NCBI GenBank assembly: GCA_054600435.1
Contig: BAAIJX010000012.1
Span: 186,001-250,000, forward strand
DNA length: 64,000 nt
DNA from: Neophaeotheca triangularis
Taxonomy: Eukaryota
Reading direction: 5' to 3'
The notes under the pieces are model-generated. The model was not told the DNA's origin, made no database searches, and saw only the letters and a program-made list of their open reading frames with translations. A program made the translations under genes and the position numbers. Positions 1 through 10,555 of this stretch are shown in pieces (the first letter of the stretch is position 1; each line of letters starts with the position of its first letter).

Positions 1-36
1 GACGCCCTGGAATGCTGACCCGCCCTACACAGCACC

Positions 37-3000
37 ATGCCTTCGAGCTCCGACATGCCTTCGCGCCCAGAACCGGCATCGCCACGTCGCCGAGACAGTC
101 GCCGCCATTCAAGGCACGGTTCGAGGAGAGTTTCTGGCTCACGAAACAGAGGGGGCAGAGATTCAGACACAGAAGCTCGCGAGAGCACTCACAGATCGCG
201 AAGACACAGTCATCGTGGTTCCAGGGGCGACCACGACGAGCCGCGCTCTTCCCACCACCACCGACATCACAGCAGGAGGAGAAGCTCGACGACAACCCGA
301 CAACAGCCGCCGCGCGGTATCCTCGACAGCGAGAAGCCTTCGTTCCAACCCGACATAGACGCCCGATCTCTACCATCACCAGGCGAACGACTAGGGGATC
401 GTGATCCCATGATGGCAGCCGCCGCAGCTGCGACGCCGTCGAGAATGTATGGCGAGACTGATCTCAACCGCAAAAGGAGCTTGATTAGGCCGGAGAGGCG
501 ACGGCGTGATCCAGAGGATCCCAACTATTACTACCGACAGCATGCGCAGCACATGAATGTCATGCCTTCGGAGACTGGCAATGATCCGCAAGTTGAAGAG
601 GGAGAGGACGAGACGAGTTTCGGTTCCGGGTCGGGGGAGATGAAGAGGGAACAATCAGCATACGATACCAGTGACCCCAGGCCTGATCGAAAGCGCTCGC
701 ACCGCAAAGATGGAGGCAAGAAGTTACAGAGTAACAAACTCACGCGCAAAAGTACGGCTGACGAAAGGGCCGAGGAGAAGCGAAGACAGAAGCAGCTTGA
801 TGAGCATCGAGTGCCGACGATATGGGGTACCTATTGTCATTTGGTCACTTTCTGGGCGCCCAACTTCTTGTTGAGCTGTTTTGGTATGCGACAGAAAGAG
901 CAGCAACGGGCATGGCGTGAGAAGATGGGTCTGATTAGCATCATCATGTGCATCATGGCCTTTGTCGGTTTCCTCACTTTTGGCTTTACCGAAACTGTGT
1001 GTCCAGCTGGCGGACCCACGAGGATGCAGATCAACAAAGTGGATTCTGGACATATGATCTTTCACGGCGTGGCATACGACTTGACGAGATCTCAGCATCC
1101 GCTCGCAAGGGGCATCTCTGACGGCGGCAACGTCCTGTGGGACATGCCAGAAGAACACGGTGGACAAGATGGCAGCTTTCTCTTCCAGAATGTCAATGGC
1201 GCCTGCAAAGGCTTGGTCACCCCGGCCGAGGATTCTGATGTCCCCACGAACAGCGATGGAGACCTTGCCTGGTACTTTCCATGTCAAACGTTCAATCAAG
1301 ACGGCTCGACTGAACCCAACAAAACGATACCCTACTACTTTGGTTACGGCTGCCACACTAGCAAGCTCGCCCGCCAGAACTACTATGGCCTACGCGCATC
1401 TGGAGATGTCTACTTTACGTGGGACGACGTGAAGAACACTTCTCGCAACCTAGTCGTGTACTCGGGTGACGTCCTCGACTTGGATCTGCTGAACTGGTTC
1501 AACACATCTCAGGTCGCTTACCCATCCCAGTTTGACGATATCCGCACGAATGAGCAACTCCGTGGCAAGGACTTGACGCTAGCATTTTCATCTGGAAATT
1601 CGAAGCAAATCGCTCAATGTTTCCAGGACATTATAAAGGTCGGCTCTGTCGACACGGAGACAGTCGGTTGCATTGCCTCCAAGGTCGTTCTCTACGTCTC
1701 GCTCATCTTCATTCTTTCCATTGTGTCGGTGAAATTCCTCTTTGCGCTGCTATTCCAATGGTTTCTGTCAAAGAAGTTCGCTGCGAAGAAAACTTCAATG
1801 GGCGGCGACGAGAAGAAGCGAAGGGACCAAATCGAAGACTGGACCGACGACATTTACCGACCTCCGCCAAAGTTCAATGACCCACTCTCTGGTTCGTCGG
1901 ATAGATCGACCAAGCGCTCAAGCTTCCTGCCGACCACTTCTCGTTTTACGAGCCCGTATGCGATTGAGAATATCAAGTCGAAGAGTAGACCCCCTCCTAC
2001 AACGATGGCAAGTCAGGGCAGCACAGCTCGATTGCTACCAGGTGCTGGTCTTTTGAGTGGAGCTAACCGATCCGAAGGAACTTTGCCTACTTATGATAGC
2101 CAAGGCACGCCTCGAAGCGGCAATAGAGCCAGCACTTTCATGAACAGCGACTCAAACAACTACAGCAGTGCTATCGACACTGACCGTTCCGGTCCTCAGG
2201 GTTTCATCCACGATGCTGTCGTACCCCAACCTCCTCCTGAATGGCAACCGTTTGGCTACCCACTGGCTCACACCATCAACTTGGTCACTTGCTACTCCGA
2301 AGGGCCCGACGGTATTCGAACAACTCTCGACTCAATCGCCATGACAGACTACCCAAACAGCCACAAGCTTATCTTTGTAGTATGCGACGGTATCATCAAG
2401 GGTAAAGGCGAATCCATGTCGACTCCCGAAGCTTGTCTTAACATGATGACGGATCACGCCGTGCTCCCCGACGAAGTTCAGCCGTTTTCCTACGTCGCAG
2501 TCGCTTCCGGCAGCAAGCGTCACAACATGGCCAAAATCTACTCCGGCTTCTACGACTATGGCGCTGACAGCATCGTACCTGTCGAGAAGCAGCAACGTGT
2601 TCCCATGGTATTGGTGGTTAAATGCGGCACCTCTGAAGAAGCGGGAAAGCCTAAACCCGGTAACCGTGGCAAGCGCGACTCGCAGATCATTCTCATGTCG
2701 TTCCTCCAAAAGGTCATGTTTGACGAACGCATGACCGAGCTCGAGTACGAGATGTTCAACGGTATCTGGAAAATTACAGGCATCAGTCCCGACTTCTACG
2801 AAATTGTACTCATGGTTGACGCCGACACCAAGGTCTTCCCAGACTCTTTAACCCACATGGTCAGCGCCATGGTGCAGGACCCCGAAATCATGGGCTTGTG
2901 CGGCGAGACGAAGATTGCCAACAAGACGCAAAGCTGGGTCAGCATGATCCAAGTCTTTGAGTACTTCATCTCGCACCACCAGAGCAAATCATTCGAGTCC

Positions 3001-4054
3001 GTCTTTGGAGGTGTCACCTGTCTCCCCGGCTGCTTCTGCATGTACCGCATCAAGACACCCAAAGGTGGGCAAAATTACTGGGTCCCCATCCTCGCGAACC
3101 CGGACATTGTCGAGCACTACTCGGAAAACGTCGTCGACACGCTGCACAAGAAGAACTTGCTGCTGCTGGGCGAGGACCGCTACCTCTCCACGCTCATGCT
3201 CAAGACTTTTCCCAAGCGCAAGCAAGTCTTTGTCCCGCAAGCCGTGTGCAAGACCACGGTCCCGGACGAGTTCAAAGTGCTGCTCTCGCAACGCCGGCGC
3301 TGGATCAACTCGACGGTCCACAATCTCATGGAACTCGTCCTCGTGCGCGACTTGTGCGGCACTTTTTGCTTCAGCATGCAATTCGTTGTCTTCATCGAGC
3401 TCGTCGGCACTCTCGTCCTCCCCGCCGCCATCTCTTTCACAATCTACCTAAGTGAGTCCAAACCCCGCCCACTCTGAAAAAAAAAAAAAAAAAAAAAAGT
3501 AAACCCCCAACTAACACCCACTCCTCACAGTCGCCATAGCAATCAAAGCCGCCATAACCAACACGCCCGCCCCCACCATCCCCCTCATCCTACTAGCCCT
3601 CATCCTCGGTCTCCCCGCCGTCCTAATCGTCGTAACCGCGCACCGCTGGTCCTACATCCTCTGGATGCTGATCTACCTCTGCTCCCTCCCAATCTGGAAC
3701 TTCGTCCTCCCGACCTACGCCTACTGGCACTTCGACGACTTCAGCTGGGGCGACACCCGCAAATCCGAAGGCGAAGCCAAGGGCGCGGACAAAGGCGGTC
3801 ACGGCGGCGATGGCGAATTCGATTCCAGTCGCATTGTTATGAAGCGCTGGGGCGACTTTGAGCAGGAGAGGAGACTCCGTGCACCGGTTGCTGCTGGTAC
3901 CGGGGGTTTCAAGGCCGGGGATCGCAGTGTTGGGACTACGGTTTATACGGGTTCTGCACCTAGTCAGGCGAGTTGGCCCGAGAGACCTCAGCCCGGCCAT
4001 CAAAGGGGCGGGAGTAGTGGGTTTGTGGCTGGCGGTCGGGCGCAGGATTGGTGA
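37..4054 (+). CDS. chs4: Class IV chitin synthase (yeast Chs3-like), ~1312 aa; exons 37-3451, 3531-4054
   Basis: GT2 chitin synthase motifs MVDADT, LGEDRYL and QRRRW; N-terminal TM pair plus luminal cytochrome-b5-like region. Intron 3452-3530 (GTGAGT...CTAAC...CAG) restores the frame into the 3665..4054 ORF ([15 protein letters not shown]). A branch point and acceptor (GCTGAC 14-19, AG 31-32) just before the ATG imply an upstream intron. Confidence 0.95.
3477..3498 (+). repeat. Poly(A)22 tract inside the chitin synthase intron
   Basis: 22 consecutive A between the donor at 3452 and the branch point near 3511. Confidence 0.9.
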
Positions 4055-4815
4055 GGTTTTGGGTTTGTAGCAGGGCTGTCGTTTCCAAAAAGGACACGGA
4101 TGAGGTGGAGTGCTTTGGTTCTTTCTGTTTTTGTTTGAGCAGTTTCGCGATAATTACCCGTTTCTTCCTCCTGTTTTTCGTCATATCCTTGCCGAAGGGT
4201 CGCGAAGGAGGATAACACGGCGCGATCTTGGTTGACTACTTCGATCCAACCTCGTGGGCTTTGAGCTCCTTTTGTATCATTACTAATGAGGAAGAAAGAT
4301 TTGCTTGGTGGCTTTTCAGGAGTTTGTCCCAATGTTTTTGAAAACGATCGAGGAAAACATTAATACATGACTTCCCACGACGCCCCAACGTGGTTTTTAA
4401 GTACCTAACTATGTTTGTAGCAGCGAGGCGACGGATTCAAAAGACTTTCGCTTGACTACTTTTATCTGCCGTCACCTTCCTTTGCCTCATCCATGCACCC
4501 CCATCGATCTGCCTTCCCGCTCGCCCCAGCCTGATCAAAGCATCTGCCTGGACGCACCCACTAGGAAGGATGCCTAGCCGATAATGTGGCAATGAGAACG
4601 CACAACAGGGCGAAACGGCATCGGAGGACGGGCCCCAGACTCCAGCAGCTTTCTCATACACTTGATGGCAAAGTTACCAAGCAACTCATAGGCGCAGGAA
4701 AAGACAGCACTCAGCTCGCGACAGAAAACGGAAAACAGGAAGACTAAAAAAAGAAGAAAGAAGAAAAAAGGGTATCTACAAGAAAGAAGCCAAAAAGGGT
4801 CCGTTCCCAAAACTC

Positions 4816-6496
4816 TCACATAATCAACCTAAACAAAAACCCCTCGTCAGGCAAGCGCGTGTGCGCAGTCTTGACATGGCCGGTCCACGTATCCACGACG
4901 CCCGTCGCCCCCAAAACCTCCTGCCACTCATTCAGCGCCACAAGCCTCACAAACCGCTCCTCCCAGACCACGGCAATCTCGGTCTCGAACCCGCGCTTCG
5001 GCACCGTGGCGACTATCTCCTCGTGCATGTTGTTCTCCGGCCCGAAGCGCTCCAAAACCTCGGTCCGCGAATGCGCCAGCACCGCCCACGATATCACCTC
5101 GGTGGCGCCGTTCCACGAGACCCAGAGTTTGCGGTCGTGTGGGTCGGCGGCCGCGCGCGGCGGCCAGCGCGGCCAGCCCTGCCACGCGCTCTTGTAGACG
5201 CGGTACGTGCGCACCCAGCTGTCCAGGACGCCGAATTGCACGTCCATGACGCACGCGCCGCCCGCCGTGTACTCGGAGAAGGAGGCCATGGAGCCCCAGC
5301 CGAGCAGCGCGTTGCCGTTGGCCAGCTGGTCGTAGCTGCCCATGGCGTAGGCGCCGATGTCTTGCGGCGCGAAGAATTCTTGCTCCACCATGGCCGTCAT
5401 GTTGTCGTGGTTGAGTTTTATGCGGACGCCGCGCGAGCAGCGGTCGTCGGTGCAGCCGACTGGGTCGCTCCAGTGGAGGTTGCGGTTGTCGAAGACGGTG
5501 AGTTGGGTCCAGTTTGCGTCGATGAAGCGCGAGTGGTGTTGCCAGGCGAAGTCGGTGGCGCGGTGCGAGCTTAGGTCGCGGAAGTTGTTGTGTTTGCCGC
5601 CCAAGTGCCAGATGGCGGCGCCTGAGGTGCCGTTGATGAGGTGTAGGGAGTGGAGCCGGCGGAAGGAGACGAGGTAGTGGCCGAAGTGGTTCTGGTGGGC
5701 TTGTTAGTGGGTTGCGGGTTAGGATTGGGCAGCCAGGTTTGGGTTTGGAGCGTACTTTTTGCAGGCTGTTGATGTGGTAGGCGTCCCAGCCAATCTCTTC
5801 ATTCCTCTCGTAGTCGGAATAGGAGTCCGTCACGGGTATGTTCTCCGAACCACGCCACGAGAAAAGGAGCTCGCCGGTCTCGATATCAATCTCCTGGAAC
5901 ACGCTATCCAGCAGAGCATCCTCTTTCAGCCCGCCGATGGGCGAAAGATCGAAGATTGTCCTCTCGTAGGCCGTGACAAGCACCGTATCGTCCTCCGTGA
6001 TCTGACACTCGTGCAAATCCACATTCGTCGTCAACCCCACCGTCGAGATGTTGTACACGACCTCATAGCGATTGTTCATGAAGAAGCAATTCCCCGTAGC
6101 ATGCCCTTTACCCTGGTGTCCGGCCCAATACGTGAGATAATCCTCGCCCCTGTACTTTTGCACGCGCGCATTGTTCGAGTTTTGAAACGCCGGGTTCCCG
6201 TAGACCAAGCTTAGGTCTTTGCTACTGAAGAGATAGGGGCCTACTCTTTGCTCGCCGTCTTCCATGTAATTGGGTTCGAAGATGATGTGCGAGGTTTGGT
6301 CGATTAGGGAGTCGTTCCAGACGGTTACGTCGAAAAGAGGCGAGCGGACGGGGTCGGACTTGTAGGTTTGGAAGGGGGAATCGCCGTATTCGCCTCCCTG
6401 ATAGGCTGTGTAATTGTAAATCACTCCTTGGTCACATACTACCCTGCTCGCCAGGGCCAGTATTGAGACGCATACTGACAGTAGGCGGCTCGACAT
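4816..6496 (-). CDS. Secreted arylsulfotransferase (ASST)-like beta-propeller protein, ~538 aa; exons 6496-5756, 5691-4816
   Basis: Signal peptide MSSRLLSVCVSILALASRVVC; ASST-family motifs DLHE, FQEIDIETGELLFSW, DAYHINSL, WQHHSR, GNALLGWG, YRVYKSAWQGWP and WVSWNGATEV. Intron 5755-5692 (GTACGC...CTAAC...CAG) joins the two ORFs in frame. Confidence 0.85.
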
Positions 6497-7932
6497 CTGA
6501 GGGTGGGGGGCGTATGGAATGGCGTGTTGGACTTTTAGGCGAATCCGCAACAGCAGCCCAAGCGATGCGATAAGGTATGCTTGAGGGTAGCTCGTAGCAA
6601 TGCTACCGTCCTGACACCGACATCTAGTGTTTACCGTTGTAATCGTAACCTCCAAAAGCCGGCCGAATGTTGTTCTACGCAATGGAAGCCCAAGCTACCG
6701 ACCGTGACCTATCTCTTTCTCCCGTAGTTATTGCCTCTTGTGCGGAACGATTGTTACGATCCTGGCCGCGCGAACACAGAGCAAGCCGAGCAAAGAAAGC
6801 GCAAAAACAATAGTAGAGGAGATGGAAAAAAGAAGTGTTTTCCAAAGCAGAAACCGATCCAGAGGGCGGTCGTCCTAACTTACCTAGCAGTCTAAGAGGT
6901 CACCCTGCAGATAGTACCAACCTGTACTACTAGTCAGTAATCAAGACAAGACAGACGACTTGCGACTAATGAAGCACGAGGAGGAGCCGTTGCAATCTAC
7001 GCTCAAGCATCCCCGCGCGCCTCGATGCAGTCGGGTAGTATCTTAGTGGAGAATGTTGATGATGCACGTAGGGCTTGGAGAGTCCTGCCAAGAGAGCAAA
7101 ACTACCTTTGACCTGCCGTTGAGTCGAGCAGCGAGCTGTTCGCCAGATGCCCACTTGTGACCTACGTCCGGTCATGGTTTCAGTAGTAGCAGTCTGGCTT
7201 TCGCAGGACATAACGTTAGAATGCTGCTACGAGGGACGGCAATCAGAGTTCCGCATGTTCCGAGGAGCAGCAAACGGGCATGCGGATTCGAGGAGGCAGC
7301 CATGGCGGCCGCGGCGGCGTCAACGGTGGCGTGTCGTCAGGACTCAGGCGGTTGCAACTTTATTAGGTCCAAATGCCAAGATGCCCCTGGGCCGAGCGAG
7401 GTCCTCCGAGAGTCGGAAGATTATCGTTATCATTTATTCTGTAGAGTAGTAGTACCCAATCAATAAGGTAGGAGGGTAGGTAGCTACCCTAGTTGTAGTG
7501 AACAAGGATGATTAGCCTGCTCTATTGAAGACTCGAGGCTGGTTGGCGTGAGACTGAGAGGCTCCTGGTATAATGATTTCTTTGCAATCTTCTCACATTG
7601 GACGTCCATAGAGAGCGTGAGGGTGAAGTGCCCGATTATTGGCCGGTCCGTCCCCCAGGGCTGAAACATTGACAGGCACCTCGGATTCTTCATCTTCCTT
7701 TCCTTTCGGGATGATCGTGTCGCAGAAGGAGAATAATGCATGATTGAGGCCTCTATTTGCTGCTGCGATTGCGCGTAAAAGCTTGACGCCGTCGCAGGTG
7801 AGGGCTTGGAATGCCACCTGCACCTACCTTTACCCGGAATCTGCAATCTTATACGATAAAACAGTGCGAGGAGCAATATGGTAACGAAACTGCTAGGTAG
7901 AAGCTGGACGTCGAGGAATACGGCAGGTTAAG

Positions 7933-7933
<1 letters not shown>

Positions 7934-7963
<30 letters not shown>
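7934..7963. repeat. (TAT)10 microsatellite
   Basis: Direct reading of the sequence. Confidence 0.9.
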
Positions 7964-8114
7964 CATATGGGAAGACTGATTCTCGTCACGCAATCAGCGG
8001 CGAATCTGTCGAAACCAGCACAAGTCCTGAGCACGTGGCTAATGGACTCCCCAACGCAGAAAACACCATAATCTTCAACAAATCCATTGCCATTCATATC
8101 GCATACACTGTCAA

Positions 8115-9128
8115 TCAATAAATGGACTGCTTGGACATCTCAATCGCCGTCGCCGTAGCCTCGTCCATGTCCTCCTTTGGCAGATCAAGCACCTCGTTAA
8201 CCGTACCACGAGTCTTCTCGAAATCACCCGAGTCGTCTGGAAAAAAGACGCGCGAGTACATTGCCTTGACAAAACCCATCCTATCACCCGCTTGCATCGC
8301 AGCATTGCCTTCTTCGTAACGCTCCCTGACTGGCTGCTTGACAACATTCCAGTCCCCCTCCTTGGAACCCGTGACCCGGAGCGCCGAGTCGAACATCTCC
8401 CTTTGCGTGACTGTGAAGGAATTGATGTAGACCATTTTGTTACGGTAAACATCAAGGCAGGCCTCGCCATTGCCACTCTCCGGCTTGATGGGCAAAGACA
8501 GCAAGGCAGCGACGCCACGACCGAGCTGCGGCCACGTGGTAACGGAGGTAAGAGTCTCGCCCTCGCCAAACAAAGTAGCAGTCCGCTCCTTGAAATCGAA
8601 GCCAAAAGCCGAAGGAATCGCCATGGACCATTCGTACCAGAAACCGCAGCTTACACCCAGCCAGGCGCTCTTGCCATGACTTTCGATTTGCTCACGGGCT
8701 GCCTTCAAGCGCTGAAACACCGGAACGTCCTCGAGAAGACCGTCGTGAGCCGAGTCCGGCGAAAACTCGTTGGGGAGGACCCACGGAACCTTTGCGTCTG
8801 CTGCCGCTTGTAGGATTGTGGCTTGCGTGTCGTGAGCGAGGATGCTCAGCGTGATGACCAGGGCGTCTTGACCTCTGAGTGCTTCGACGATGGTGGCCGG
8901 GCTGGAGTAATCGACTTTTGCGACTTTGACACCTTCGGGGAGGCTGGACTTGCTATCCACGCGAGTGACGGCCGTGACGACGTGTTTGCCGGTTTTGAGG
9001 AGCTCTCTGGTAATGTGGCTGCCGCTGTTGCCGCCGGCCTGGTAGGTTTTAGCATGGGACTTTTTGGCAGGAACATGATGGGCCGAGCATACCCCAACGA
9101 TGGCTACGTTCTTGATGTAGTTGGACAT
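8115..9128 (-). CDS. NmrA/isoflavone-reductase-like NAD(P)-binding oxidoreductase, ~319 aa; exons 9128-9093, 9038-8115
   Basis: Removing the in-frame 54-nt intron 9092-9039 (GTATGC...CAG) gives the Rossmann motif NVAIVGAGGNSG. Also LRGQDALV, VPWVLPNEF and CGFWYEWS, typical of fungal CipA-like atypical SDRs. Confidence 0.88.
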   Translation of the reverse strand: MSNYIKNVAIVGVCSAHHVPAKKSHAKTYQAGGNSGSHITRELLKTGKHVVTAVTRVDSKSSLPEGVKVAKVDYSSPATIVEALRGQDALVITLSILAHDTQATILQAAADAKVPWVLPNEFSPDSAHDGLLEDVPVFQRLKAAREQIESHGKSAWLGVSCGFWYEWSMAIPSAFGFDFKERTATLFGEGETLTSVTTWPQLGRGVAALLSLPIKPESGNGEACLDVYRNKMVYINSFTVTQREMFDSALRVTGSKEGDWNVVKQPVRERYEEGNAAMQAGDRMGFVKAMYSRVFFPDDSGDFEKTRGTVNEVLDLPKEDMDEATATAIEMSKQSIY

Positions 9129-10220
9129 GGTGTTGTCAAGCAACTTCTGCATGTACTTCTGCGTAGTCTCAATCAAACGAGGATCTCCACGGGCAGCTTT
9201 CTCGACGGACGGAACTTAACGAGACGAGGGAAGAGGCCATAGCTATCTACCTAACGTTCTTTCTTATAGCTTTATTTTTCCTCCGTCAATGCCCCTGCCC
9301 TCGCGATGCGAACGCGGGTTAGCGTGTATCCATCACACTTTACGGGCTTCGTAGAGGTACTCTCGGCGATACCCTCCTATCGCCGCCATGTCACGACTGT
9401 CGGAGGGTTCATCTGGGCAGGGGCTGACATTCAATGTCCGAGAAAGGCAACGCGCTAACCTCAAGTCGTATTGTCCAAAGCCAAAAGCCTCATGGGCCAT
9501 GGCTCAGGCGCGACCAACAACGCTCCTGCTCGTAGCCGGTATCTCTTGGTCTTCTGCTTTGTCACAACATCACCAAACGCCTCACATGCCGTCTAAGTGA
9601 CTGATGATCCAACACCATGTGACTTTCCACGTCATGATTCTTGTGTGTTCTGCTACAATCGTGCCGTCTCCTAGAAGCAACAGGAAACGTGCCAGCCATC
9701 GGTCAAGCTAGTTCTCGCACGCGAATCCTCGAGACACATTAGGCCCAGAGAAGCGAGAGCGGCTCGCACTGTATCGTAGAACGGATGGCGCGCCGAACCT
9801 GGCAGGCTGGAAGGCAAGCCGACTCCAGTCGCCGAATCGATGCGGAATCACTCGCTGCTCGATGAACTGGCTGCTCAGGGCTTTTGCGTCTGTATGCGAA
9901 TCCGGATTCAGTTCAACCCTCAACGTGTCAAGGCTGTGGTGAGGGACAACAGACTCCGTTTGGTTTACAGGACTGCTTCCTAGACAAAGAAAACCGGCGT
10001 TCTTGCTCGAGCCATGTCACCATGTGCACGCTTGGATACTTTCCGCCGATCCGAGAGATCATTGCAACGCCGTGAATGTACATACCCTCTCAATGGATCT
10101 TGTCGGTCTTCCCAGGACCTGCGCAACCTCGCATCGATGGGCGGACTTTCGCCCAATAAATCAGTTTAACCCTATGTTTGTGTGATGCTGTCTTGCTTTG
10201 GCGAGTGCCAATTTCACCGT

Positions 10221-10241
10221 CTCGGGTGCTCATAACCCGAG
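10221..10241. promoter_or_regulatory. Palindromic CGG-N11-CCG Zn2Cys6-type site upstream of the lyase gene
   Basis: CTCGGGT-GCTCATA-ACCCGAG is a 7-bp inverted repeat with CGG at 10223-10225 and CCG at 10237-10239, ~315 bp before the ATG at 10556. Confidence 0.5.
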
Positions 10242-10555
10242 TCAAAAGAGGAGATATGCTTGGCATTCTTCGTGTTCCTGGATTCATGCATCCAACACCT
10301 CGAAACGTTGCATCTCCAGCTTACAATTAGCTCCTAGAACGGGAAGGTCTTCATGTACTCCTCCTGCCAAGGTAATCTGGGGCCGGCGTGGAGATCGTGG
10401 AGTGAGAGGTTGAGCGTAGCAATACGCCCCGAATATCGTGGAGAAAAGCAGGTTTAGAGGGGAATGCTGTAGGTATAAGTCGTGCCTCAAGAAAGGTAGG
10501 TTTGCTTGATGCTTTCTTCTGATCATTGCACGATTCTCGACTTACAGTCGCCATC

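Noticed and set aside
6497..6682. Longer N-termini suggested by the ORF track for the ASST-like gene (also for PME, MDM1 and SCY1)
   Set aside because: Several rely on non-ATG starts. The downstream ATGs give proper signal peptides or conserved N-termini.
7484..7876. Short minus-strand ORFs between the ASST-like and NmrA-like genes
   Set aside because: No domain, no convincing splice structure or codon bias.
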